Assembly (NCBI GenBank): GCA_002763075.1
Contig: PFDB01000016.1
Span: 1 to 62,497 of the forward strand
Direction of reading: 5' to 3'
From: Candidatus Pacearchaeota archaeon CG10_big_fil_rev_8_21_14_0_10_34_76
Lineage (GTDB): Archaea > Nanobdellota > Nanobdellia > Pacearchaeales > GW2011-AR1
Length of the DNA stretch: 62,497 nt
Each line of letters starts with the position of its first letter. Position 1 is the stretch's first letter. A program made the position numbers and the translations under genes. The notes under the pieces were generated by a model. That model made no database searches and had not been told where the DNA came from. It worked only from the letters and a program-made list of their open reading frames with translations. Below are positions 29,912 to 38,333 of the stretch, one piece after another.

Positions 29912-30393
29912 TGAAACATAACAAAAAAGAATTAATTGAACGATTAATAGGGCAGATAGTTGCTAAAAGCAATAATATGGCAGAAGCAGCAGAAGACGCC
30001 AGACAGTTATCTATATCTGCACCAGGAAGAAATCAAAGCAGATATGATTCTTCGAAAGAGGAATTTGGATATTTAGCTGATGGTCTTAACATTAGGAGTC
30101 AAGAGATTGCGAGCGGTATTGGAATGATAAGGGCCGCATTTTTTCCTGATAGACCTGAAACAGTTGTGCAAGGAAGCTTAGTCAGGGTTGAGGAAGGATC
30201 GGGCAGACATTCAGATTATCTTATTCTGCCTTACGGTGGAGGTGAATTCATTGAAACAAATGAAGGAGATGTTGATGTTATTACTCCTTCAGCCCCATTA
30301 TGCGAAGCAATGATAGGCAAAAGAATCGGAGAAGAATTTTCTTTTTCAGCCAGAGACAAGCAAAGAACTTATCGAATTGAAGATATTGCCTAG
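29908..30393 (+). CDS. GreA/GreB/Rnk-like protein (Gre C-terminal domain)
   Basis: C-terminal GSLVRVEEGSG...DYLILPYGGGE...VITPSAPLCEAMIGKRIGEEFSF...YRIEDI follows the Gre C-terminal domain pattern (IS..SPlg.AliGk..Gd). The N-terminus is predicted helical. ATGA overlap with the kinase stop. Confidence 0.6.
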   Translation: MMKHNKKELIERLIGQIVAKSNNMAEAAEDARQLSISAPGRNQSRYDSSKEEFGYLADGLNIRSQEIASGIGMIRAAFFPDRPETVVQGSLVRVEEGSGRHSDYLILPYGGGEFIETNEGDVDVITPSAPLCEAMIGKRIGEEFSFSARDKQRTYRIEDIA

Positions 30394-30421
30394 AAAATCT
30401 AGGAGGTGATGGGAAAATGCA

Positions 30422-30706
30422 GTGCACGAAAAAGATAAAGAATTATCATCGTACCTCAAGCCAAGAGAAGTTTTCAACATAAAGGGACCTGTAACTTATA
30501 GGGAGAGTCTAAAGGCATGGAGCACAATCCACATGAAAAAGGAGATTCTTGATATATTCCCACAGCTAAAGGAAAGGCGTGCCAAATTTGAATATACTAT
30601 GCATTATAATAGGTCTCCCAAGGATCTAAAGAAAATCCTCGACAAGCTTGAAAAAGACGAGGTTGTGCCTATTTTGCTTTTGTTTGAAAAGAGAAAGGAG
30701 AAATAG
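30422..30706 (+). CDS. hypothetical small basic protein
   Basis: GTG-initiated ORF 15 nt downstream of an AGGAGG at 30401-30406. No motif recognised. Confidence 0.35.
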   Translation: MHEKDKELSSYLKPREVFNIKGPVTYRESLKAWSTIHMKKEILDIFPQLKERRAKFEYTMHYNRSPKDLKKILDKLEKDEVVPILLLFEKRKEK

Positions 30707-30741
30707 AAAGCATTTTTAAGGTATATTTGATTAGTTTCAAT

Positions 30742-32448
30742 ATGAGTTTAAGAGGGGATTATGAGAATTGGTCTAAAAATGAATTAGTGAAGGAACTAAA
30801 AAAACTAAAGAAAAGGAAAAAATATGGTATTGTCTGGGAAGATAAGCCTGAACAGGTAGCTGAATTATGCAAGGAAAAACTGCCTATTCTTGAAGAAGAT
30901 AAAAAGAAAGAAATTAAGACAGATGATAAAAAACCTGTTAATATTCTAATTGAAGGGGATAATTACCATGCCTTATCAGTTTTGAATTACACTCATAAAG
31001 GCAAAATTGATGTTATCTATATTGATCCACCTTATAATACTGGGGCTAAAACTTGGAAATACAATAATGATTATGTTGAAAAGGAGGATACTTGGAGACA
31101 TAGCAAATGGCTTTCTTTTATGGAAAAAAGATTAAAACTTACAAGAAAGCTATTAACCAATAAAGGTTTTCTTATCTGTGCTATTGATGCAAATGAATTA
31201 TTCTCATTGGGGTTACTCTTGGATGAGATTTATGGAGAACAAAATAGGGTCGGATTAGTTACAGTTATACATAATCCAAAAGGGAGAAATCTATCTAAAT
31301 TTTTTTCAGAAAATAGTGAATTTATGCTGATATATGCTAAAAATATATCAATCGCAAGTTTCAATGATGTTGTGATTGATGAAGAAAAGCAAGCAACCTT
31401 TAATATGAATGATGAAAATGGCAAATATAGACTTGAACCATTTATGAGAGTAAGAACTTCTTGGTCAAGGAAAAATAAACCTAAAAATTATTATCCCATC
31501 TATGTTAGTAAAAATCTAAAAGAATTAACTCTTGAAAAAAAGAAGGATTACTATGAGATTTACCCAAAGACAAAAGATGGAAGAGAATGGGCATGGAAAA
31601 ATATACCCTCCTCTTTCAATAATCTGAATCTAAATTCTTATTTTGTTGCAATTAGAGAAGATGATGAAATTAAAATATTACATAAATACCGAGAAAAACA
31701 AGTATTCAAAAACGTATGGACTAGTAAAAAATACCAATCTGAATTTCATGGAACTAATGTATTAAAAAAACTTCTTGGAAAGAATGTATTTGAATATCCC
31801 AAATCTGTGCATCTAGTCGAAGACATAATTAAAATAACTTCAAAAAAAAACTCAACGATTTTGGATTTTTTTGCTGGTTCGGGGACAACTGCCCATTCCG
31901 TTTTAGAGTTAAATAAGGAAGATGATGGGAACAGAAAATTTATTTTATGTACTAATAATGAGAATAATAATGGAAATGGTGGAGAGGGAATAATGGAGGG
32001 AGTTTGTTATCCTCGTGTTAAGAAAGTTATAGAAAACTTAGAGAAAGAATCCAAAGGAAAATTAATCTCTAATAGGCCTAGTGGATTAAAATACTTCAAA
32101 ACTGATTTTGTGGATGCAGATCCAACAGACAAAAACAAAAAGAAGCTGGTTGATAAGTCCACAGAAATGCTTTGTCTTAAAGAAGATTGTTTTGATGAAG
32201 TAAAGAAAGGTAAGGATTTTAATTTATTCAAAAATTCAGAAGATACTCATTTAGGAATAATTTATAGTGATGATGGAATTGAGCCATTTAAGAAAGAGAT
32301 TAAAAAAATGGGGAAGAAGTTTATAACTTATGTTTTCTCTCTTGATGAAAGTGCAAGAGAAGAAGAATTTGAAGATGTAGCTGATTTGGTTGAATTGAGG
32401 CCAATACCTGCAGTTATATTAAATGTCTATAAGAGAATATTCAAATGA
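30742..32448 (+). CDS. mod: type III restriction-modification methyltransferase (Mod; N6A/N4C beta-class)
   Basis: DVIYIDPPYNTG (motif IV) lies upstream of ILDFFAGSGTTAH (motif I). The ORF track begins at TTG 30727, but ATG 30742 is more likely. Confidence 0.88.
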   Translation: MSLRGDYENWSKNELVKELKKLKKRKKYGIVWEDKPEQVAELCKEKLPILEEDKKKEIKTDDKKPVNILIEGDNYHALSVLNYTHKGKIDVIYIDPPYNTGAKTWKYNNDYVEKEDTWRHSKWLSFMEKRLKLTRKLLTNKGFLICAIDANELFSLGLLLDEIYGEQNRVGLVTVIHNPKGRNLSKFFSENSEFMLIYAKNISIASFNDVVIDEEKQATFNMNDENGKYRLEPFMRVRTSWSRKNKPKNYYPIYVSKNLKELTLEKKKDYYEIYPKTKDGREWAWKNIPSSFNNLNLNSYFVAIREDDEIKILHKYREKQVFKNVWTSKKYQSEFHGTNVLKKLLGKNVFEYPKSVHLVEDIIKITSKKNSTILDFFAGSGTTAHSVLELNKEDDGNRKFILCTNNENNNGNGGEGIMEGVCYPRVKKVIENLEKESKGKLISNRPSGLKYFKTDFVDADPTDKNKKKLVDKSTEMLCLKEDCFDEVKKGKDFNLFKNSEDTHLGIIYSDDGIEPFKKEIKKMGKKFITYVFSLDESAREEEFEDVADLVELRPIPAVILNVYKRIFK

Positions 32449-33293
32449 ATTTAAGAGAAACCGCTTTAGAATGGAGAATTGTTGATCCTTATAATCCCGT
32501 ATTTATTACACATTTAAATTACATCAAATGTTTTAAAAAACTTTCAGATGGATTGAATGTAGAATCAAATAGGCTTGACAAATCTAATAAGAAGGCTAAT
32601 AAAAAATTAATTAGTAAAATTTCATTAATCAAATTAATCAAAAAAAGTTTAGATAGGGAATATAAAGCTTGTCAAGAAAGCAAGGATTTTGCTGAAGTTT
32701 CTTCTATTTGGGTTCCAGTAAAAGCTTATTATCTTGTATTCAATCTCTTTTTAGTCTTAGATTATTTAATAAGCCCGGGGAATCATAAGAATTTTAATAT
32801 TTCACACAAATCCTTAACCTTGAGAATAAAAGAATTAATAAGAAAATCAGAGTTAATATTTAATAAATCTCATTTTAACCATTTATACACCTATGAAGAA
32901 GTAAAAGATGTTAAATTTGATAAAGGAGAAAATTTAAGGGAAGAACAAGACACCGAAAAATTAACCAAACGCTTAATAAAAAAACTTATTGAATATAAAA
33001 TAGAAGAATTTAAGAGAGAAAATAAAATAAAAGATTTAAGAAAGAAAAAAGAAAGGTTAAAACTTTCAGAATACTTATCAAAAGAGCTTACAAATTTGTT
33101 TGAATTATTTTATTTGTTTAGGATAAAAACAAATTACAGAGATTTAGATTTTTTAAAAGAAGATGTGGGTTCAACTCAGTTCTATAATTATTTTGAAAAT
33201 TATTATTTGGCTACAATTAACTTTTATGAAGTATTAAAAAGTTTAATAAATGAATTATCTCAAAAGAGATTTAATGAGGAATTAATCAAATGA
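32445..33293 (+). CDS. uncharacterised helical protein embedded between mod and res
   Basis: ATGA overlaps at both ends (32445-32448 and 33290-33293). Lys/Glu-rich and all-helical in appearance, with conserved-looking segments WVPVKAYYLVFN and FRIKTNYRDLDF. No catalytic motif identified. Confidence 0.6.
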   Translation: MNLRETALEWRIVDPYNPVFITHLNYIKCFKKLSDGLNVESNRLDKSNKKANKKLISKISLIKLIKKSLDREYKACQESKDFAEVSSIWVPVKAYYLVFNLFLVLDYLISPGNHKNFNISHKSLTLRIKELIRKSELIFNKSHFNHLYTYEEVKDVKFDKGENLREEQDTEKLTKRLIKKLIEYKIEEFKRENKIKDLRKKKERLKLSEYLSKELTNLFELFYLFRIKTNYRDLDFLKEDVGSTQFYNYFENYYLATINFYEVLKSLINELSQKRFNEELIK

Positions 33294-35467
33294 TACAATT
33301 AAAGGATTACCAAACACGAGCAGTTGAAAGTCTTAAGTTTAAAGTACATAATGCCTTAAGGAGTCCGGACAGAGAAGTTGTTATTTTTCAATCACCAACA
33401 GGAAGCGGTAAAACAATCATGGTTTCTGAAATGTTAAAACAATTAGTTAAAGATAACGACAAAAAATATGCTTTTGTTTGGGTTAGTGTTAGAATGTTGC
33501 ACGAGCAAAGTAAAGAGAAACTAGAAAAATACTACGAAGATGATAGGTTAATCCAGTGTTCTTATTTTGAAGATTTAGAAGATAACCAAATTGGAGATAA
33601 TGAAATATTATTCATAAATTGGCATAGTATTAACAAAAAAGACATTAACATTTATGTTAGGGATAACGAACAAGACAATAACTTAAATTCTATTGTTGAA
33701 AATACAAAAGAAGAAGGCAGAGAAATAATTTTAATTATAGATGAAAGCCACCATACAGCAAGTTCAACTAAATCTAAAGAATTAATTGAAACAATAGGGC
33801 CTAAAGTCACTATTGAAGTTTCAGCTACTCCACACTTAAAAGAAAACGTTTCAGAAATAGAGAAAGTTCATTTAGCAGATGTAAAAGCTGAAGAAATGAT
33901 TAAGTCAGAGATTTCTGTAAATCCAGAGTTCTTAGATATTAAAGTCGGAGATAAAAGTTCAGATGTTTTAGTAATAGAACAGGCCTTAAAGAAGAGAGAG
34001 GAATTAGCAAAACTTTACAAAAAGGAAAACTCAAATATTAACCCTTTAGTCTTAATTCAATTACCAGATAGTAGAGTTAATTTAATCAGTAAGAAGGATG
34101 AAGTTATCAAAATCCTAAAAGATAAATTCAAGATTACAGAAGAAAACGGAAAATTGGCGGTGTGGTTATCGGAAGAGAAAACCAATAATCTGGCAAATAT
34201 TGAAAAACCGGATAATGAAGTTGAGGTTTTAATTTTCAAGCAGGCCATAGCTTTAGGATGGGATTGTCCAAGAGCATCAATTTTAGTTATATTCAGAGAA
34301 TCTAAGAGCTTTACTTTTACTATTCAAACAATAGGTAGAATTATGAGGATGCCAGAATTAGAATATTACAATCATGAAGATTTGAATAAAGGTTTTGTTT
34401 TTACAAATCTGCCAAATATAGAAATTACAGAAGATTACGCAAAGGATTATATTACTCTTTACGAAGCTAAAAGAGATAATTCTAAATACAAAAACATAGC
34501 TTTACCTTCTGTTTATCTGAAAAGGCAAAGAGAAAGAACAAGACTCTCCGGAGAATTTGCTAAAATATTCATGGAGGTGGCAGAAGAAACTAGTCTAAAG
34601 AAAAAAATAAACTTAGAACCCTCTAAAGTTGTAAGCCCTATTATTGCAGACGGTAAGATTGTAAATATCGATAAAGCTGGAGAAATTGAGCATAAAGGCC
34701 AAATTCAAGTTAAACTTAATGAAGTAGAATTACAGCAGAGGTTTGATCAATTCATTTATGCTAATTGTTCACCTTATGCACCCGCTGATTCAAGTGATAG
34801 GATGAAAACAGCAATTTATCAATTCTTTAATGCAAAATACAAATTACCAAAATTTGATTCAAGAGTTCAAAGAATAGTTCTAGGAAAAGAAAATGTTCAG
34901 GCCTTAGTAGATGTTATTAATTTATCAAAAGAAAAATACAAATTAAAAATTGTTGAGAAATTAAGCGAAGTTAGGGAGAAAATTGAAGAGCCAAGATGGG
35001 AAGTCCCTTTAATTGACTCATACAAGAGCAATGCAAAGAAAGAAAACCACCCTAAATCCGTAATGCAACCATTTTATACTAAAAAACCAAGCCAACCAGA
35101 AGTATTATTTATGGAATTATTGGATAAATCCAATAAAGTTGAGTGGTGGTATAAAAATGGAGAAGGAGAAAAGAAATATTTTGCAGTTTTGTACAAGGAT
35201 GAGAATAACAAAGAATGGGCTTTTTATGTAGACTTTATTGTTAAATTCAAAGACGGAAAAATAGGTCTATTTGATACTAAAGGCGGAATGACTGCAAAAG
35301 ATGCAGGTCCAAGAGCAGAAGGATTACAGGAATACATTAAGAAAAATAAAGATAAACTTTGGGGAGGTATCACTATTTATGAAAATGGATCGTGGAGATA
35401 TAATGATCTAGAGAAGTATGAGTATAACTCTAATAATTTGTCAAGTTGGAAGATTTTAGAGCTTTAA
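33290..35467 (+). CDS. res: type III restriction enzyme Res subunit (SF2 helicase plus C-terminal PD-(D/E)XK nuclease)
   Basis: FQSPTGSGKT (motif I), LIIDESHH (motif II), QTIGRIMR (motif VI). The C-terminal YVDFIVKF...GLFDTKG is nuclease-like. Confidence 0.85.
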   Translation: MIQLKDYQTRAVESLKFKVHNALRSPDREVVIFQSPTGSGKTIMVSEMLKQLVKDNDKKYAFVWVSVRMLHEQSKEKLEKYYEDDRLIQCSYFEDLEDNQIGDNEILFINWHSINKKDINIYVRDNEQDNNLNSIVENTKEEGREIILIIDESHHTASSTKSKELIETIGPKVTIEVSATPHLKENVSEIEKVHLADVKAEEMIKSEISVNPEFLDIKVGDKSSDVLVIEQALKKREELAKLYKKENSNINPLVLIQLPDSRVNLISKKDEVIKILKDKFKITEENGKLAVWLSEEKTNNLANIEKPDNEVEVLIFKQAIALGWDCPRASILVIFRESKSFTFTIQTIGRIMRMPELEYYNHEDLNKGFVFTNLPNIEITEDYAKDYITLYEAKRDNSKYKNIALPSVYLKRQRERTRLSGEFAKIFMEVAEETSLKKKINLEPSKVVSPIIADGKIVNIDKAGEIEHKGQIQVKLNEVELQQRFDQFIYANCSPYAPADSSDRMKTAIYQFFNAKYKLPKFDSRVQRIVLGKENVQALVDVINLSKEKYKLKIVEKLSEVREKIEEPRWEVPLIDSYKSNAKKENHPKSVMQPFYTKKPSQPEVLFMELLDKSNKVEWWYKNGEGEKKYFAVLYKDENNKEWAFYVDFIVKFKDGKIGLFDTKGGMTAKDAGPRAEGLQEYIKKNKDKLWGGITIYENGSWRYNDLEKYEYNSNNLSSWKILEL

Positions 35468-35501
35468 AGATTATTATTTGATTGCAGATAAACCTAAAAA
35501 C

Positions 35502-35519
35502 TCTTCAGATATCTGAAGA
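35502..35519. promoter_or_regulatory. 18-bp perfect palindrome TCTTCAGATATCTGAAGA immediately upstream of the TIR-APAZ start
   Basis: Verified base by base, with symmetry centre between 35510 and 35511. It ends 2 nt before ATG 35522. Could be an operator or a 5'-UTR hairpin. Confidence 0.45.
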
Positions 35520-35521
35520 TT

Positions 35522-36838
35522 ATGGAAAAAGAGGCTCCTGCAAGAGACCATTTATTTATTAGTTATGCTACAGAGGATGCACATTTTGCAGAATGGTTAA
35601 CCCTTAAACTTACAGCAGAAGGATATAAAGTATGGTGTGATAGGTTCAAACTTCTTGGAGGAGAACCATACCCCCAAGATATAGATACAGCGATAAAAAA
35701 TAAAACATTTAGAGTTATAGCTCTTCTTTCAAATCACTCCATAAAAAAGGATAATCCTGTAAAAGAGAGAACGCTAGCCATGAATCTGGGAAAAGAAAGA
35801 GAAGAAACGGATTTTCTTATTCCTCTGAATATCGGCGGATTAAAACCTACAGAAATGGATTGGATGCTAAATAATTTAACATATATTCCTTTTCACTCTA
35901 ATTGGGCAGATGGCCTAAAACGATTATTAAAAAAGCTTAATGAAATCAATGCACCCAGATTATTACAAAAAGGAAGAAATATTGCTTCTCAAACATTTCT
36001 TAATGATCTATCTGGAAATATAGAAGTCGCATTTGAAACCTTACATTCAAATATATTTCAATTTACAAAAATTCCTTCTTTTGTATATAAAATAAAACTT
36101 AGCCAACCTTATGAGTGGTATGAACTAAGAAGATTGCTAGACATATGGCCTCATCGTTATGTTAATCAAGTAACTCTTTTATCCTTTCAGCATCCTCCAG
36201 AAGAAGTAATGAGTGATCTCGCAATAAATAAAATTGAACAGATTAATTGGCAAGAAAGTAGCGAGATCGAGAGCATTCCAACTAAAAATCTTATAAAGGA
36301 GTTATTGCTAAAATCCTTAGAAACTAAAGGGATAGAACTTGGATTAAAAAGAGATCAGAAAAGAAGATTATACTTCCCTAAAGGGCTGTTTGAAAGTAAT
36401 AACTTGCTTTACAAGGACTATTCTGGCAAAAATACTTTCACAGCATATATAGGGTTTAGAAATAGAACTCATCCTGGCAGGGAATATGATTATCATCTCT
36501 CTCCAAGATTTACGATAAGAGAAGGGGAATCTGATAATTTCTTCTTACAGCTAGGAGTTCAGTTATATTTAACGAATAAAGATGGAGCACCATTAAGGGG
36601 CAAGACTATTTTGAGAAGAAGAAAAAATTTATGTAAGAATTGGTGGAATTCACAATGGTTCAGTAAGCACGCAGCCATATCTCACTTTCTGAGCGAAGGC
36701 TCGGATGAGATATTAATTGGGCAAGAAAGTTCGACGCAGATAAAGTTATCAAATAGTGTCTTGAAGTTTCAATCACCTGTAAGAATAGTTGAACAACAAT
36801 TAGCTGAAGATAAACTTGAGGAAGTAGAAAATGACTGA
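35522..36838 (+). CDS. TIR-APAZ protein (SPARTA effector subunit)
   Basis: N-terminal TIR (HLFISYATEDAHFAEWLTLKL...VWCDRFKLLGGEPY...ALLSNHS). About 290 aa of C-terminus has the size expected for APAZ. It overlaps the pAgo gene by 8 nt. Confidence 0.82.
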   Translation: MEKEAPARDHLFISYATEDAHFAEWLTLKLTAEGYKVWCDRFKLLGGEPYPQDIDTAIKNKTFRVIALLSNHSIKKDNPVKERTLAMNLGKEREETDFLIPLNIGGLKPTEMDWMLNNLTYIPFHSNWADGLKRLLKKLNEINAPRLLQKGRNIASQTFLNDLSGNIEVAFETLHSNIFQFTKIPSFVYKIKLSQPYEWYELRRLLDIWPHRYVNQVTLLSFQHPPEEVMSDLAINKIEQINWQESSEIESIPTKNLIKELLLKSLETKGIELGLKRDQKRRLYFPKGLFESNNLLYKDYSGKNTFTAYIGFRNRTHPGREYDYHLSPRFTIREGESDNFFLQLGVQLYLTNKDGAPLRGKTILRRRKNLCKNWWNSQWFSKHAAISHFLSEGSDEILIGQESSTQIKLSNSVLKFQSPVRIVEQQLAEDKLEEVEND

Positions 36839-38333
36839 TTATGAAGTAAACCTTTTTTCTGAACCTCTTCTTGAATTTGCTCATGGGCAGAGGCTTCAAG
36901 ATCCGCATGATGGTCTCTCACTATTCGGCCCTTGTGATTTTGATACAGCAACACAACCAAAAAAAATAAGATATGGTCTAATTGGAACCGATCAGGGAGT
37001 TTCTCTTTTCAAAAAATGGGCTGATAAAATGAATGGTCCTATTTTTTCATCAGAAAATAATTCTCGTATTTGGCCTCCCTTTCCTGGTTTTGAAGCTGCA
37101 TTTCATAGTGAATTAGCTAAAGAACCTTCTTGGGAATATGGACTTGATAAAAATGAATTAATTAAGGATGCTTCAAACAACAACCCGTATCAAAGATCTT
37201 TTGATGTCGTTAATAGATATTTGGAAGGAATAGAAATTGCTGCTAAAAAGAGGGATGACAAAGTTGAAGTGGTTATTTGTGTTGTCCCAGATGAAGTCTA
37301 TAAAAGTTGTAAACCTAAATCTTATATTATTAATGGCTGGGGTAGAAAGCCCACAAGGAAAGAAATCAATCAATTTCAAAGAGGACAAAGAACGTTATTT
37401 TCAGAGAGATCCAATAAAATGTATGATCTTTCTGTTGATTTCAGGAGACAATTAAAAGCACAAGTTATGCAGTACAATTTACCTGTTCAGATAGTTAGAG
37501 AATCGACACTTAAACCTGAAATAGAAGGAGAATGGAGAAGAGGTCTAACTTGTGAATCGGATCTTGCATGGAACTTATCCACTGCTTTGTATTATAAAGC
37601 TGGAGGAAAGCCATGGAAACTTTCATCAGCTAGAGATGGAGTATGTTATATTGGAATAGCATTTAAGAATACTGGCCAAGGAGAAAATTCAAAAACCGCT
37701 ACTTGCGCTGCCCAGATGTTTCTTAATTCTGGAGAAGGAATAGTATTCTTGGGAGATGAGGGACCTTGGTATTCTACGGTTAACCAACAATATCATCTAA
37801 ATAAAGAATCTGCGAAAAAGCTATTAAAGGGTATTCTAGAAACTTATAAGGCACTAGACGGAAAAGATTTAACAGAGATATTTATTCATTCTAGATCCGA
37901 AGTCAATCGAGAAGAAATTGAAGGTTATCTGGAGGCTTGTCCTGTCAACTCTAAACTGACTATAATAAGGGTAAAAATGGAAAGGGATGGTATAAGGCTG
38001 TTTAGGGAAGGTAAGATGCCAATACTAAGAGGAACATTTCTTAAACAAAATTTTAAAACAGGTTTCCTTTGGGGATCTGGATTCAAACCTCGTCTTAATA
38101 CCTATGATGGTTGGGAGGTTCCAGTTCCCCTCAGGATAGACATCTTATATGGGGATTCTTCTATCGAACAAGTCTCCAAAGATATATTCGGTTTAACTAA
38201 GTTGAATTATAATGCATGTAAGATAGGAGATGTTGAGCCTGTAACTGTTAAATTTTCAGATGCTGTCGGAGAAATTTTAATTTCTAATAAGGCTATTGGA
38301 AAAACAGACCCTAGATTTAAATTTTATATTTAA
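36831..38333 (+). CDS. short prokaryotic Argonaute (MID-PIWI only, catalytically inactive)
   Basis: 500 aa, so no room for N/PAZ domains. MID-like DFRRQLKAQ...PVQIVRES and the PIWI hallmark LYYKAGGKPWKL. Catalytic-strand positions read YIGIAF and IHSRS rather than Asp-containing motifs. Confidence 0.88.
   Translation: MTDYEVNLFSEPLLEFAHGQRLQDPHDGLSLFGPCDFDTATQPKKIRYGLIGTDQGVSLFKKWADKMNGPIFSSENNSRIWPPFPGFEAAFHSELAKEPSWEYGLDKNELIKDASNNNPYQRSFDVVNRYLEGIEIAAKKRDDKVEVVICVVPDEVYKSCKPKSYIINGWGRKPTRKEINQFQRGQRTLFSERSNKMYDLSVDFRRQLKAQVMQYNLPVQIVRESTLKPEIEGEWRRGLTCESDLAWNLSTALYYKAGGKPWKLSSARDGVCYIGIAFKNTGQGENSKTATCAAQMFLNSGEGIVFLGDEGPWYSTVNQQYHLNKESAKKLLKGILETYKALDGKDLTEIFIHSRSEVNREEIEGYLEACPVNSKLTIIRVKMERDGIRLFREGKMPILRGTFLKQNFKTGFLWGSGFKPRLNTYDGWEVPVPLRIDILYGDSSIEQVSKDIFGLTKLNYNACKIGDVEPVTVKFSDAVGEILISNKAIGKTDPRFKFYI

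Noticed and set aside
30409-30480. Short ATG-initiated ORFs (ATG 30409 and ATG 30417) just after the Gre-like gene
   Set aside because: They terminate after 9 and 21 codons. Only the GTG-initiated 94-aa frame stays open, and even that is low confidence.
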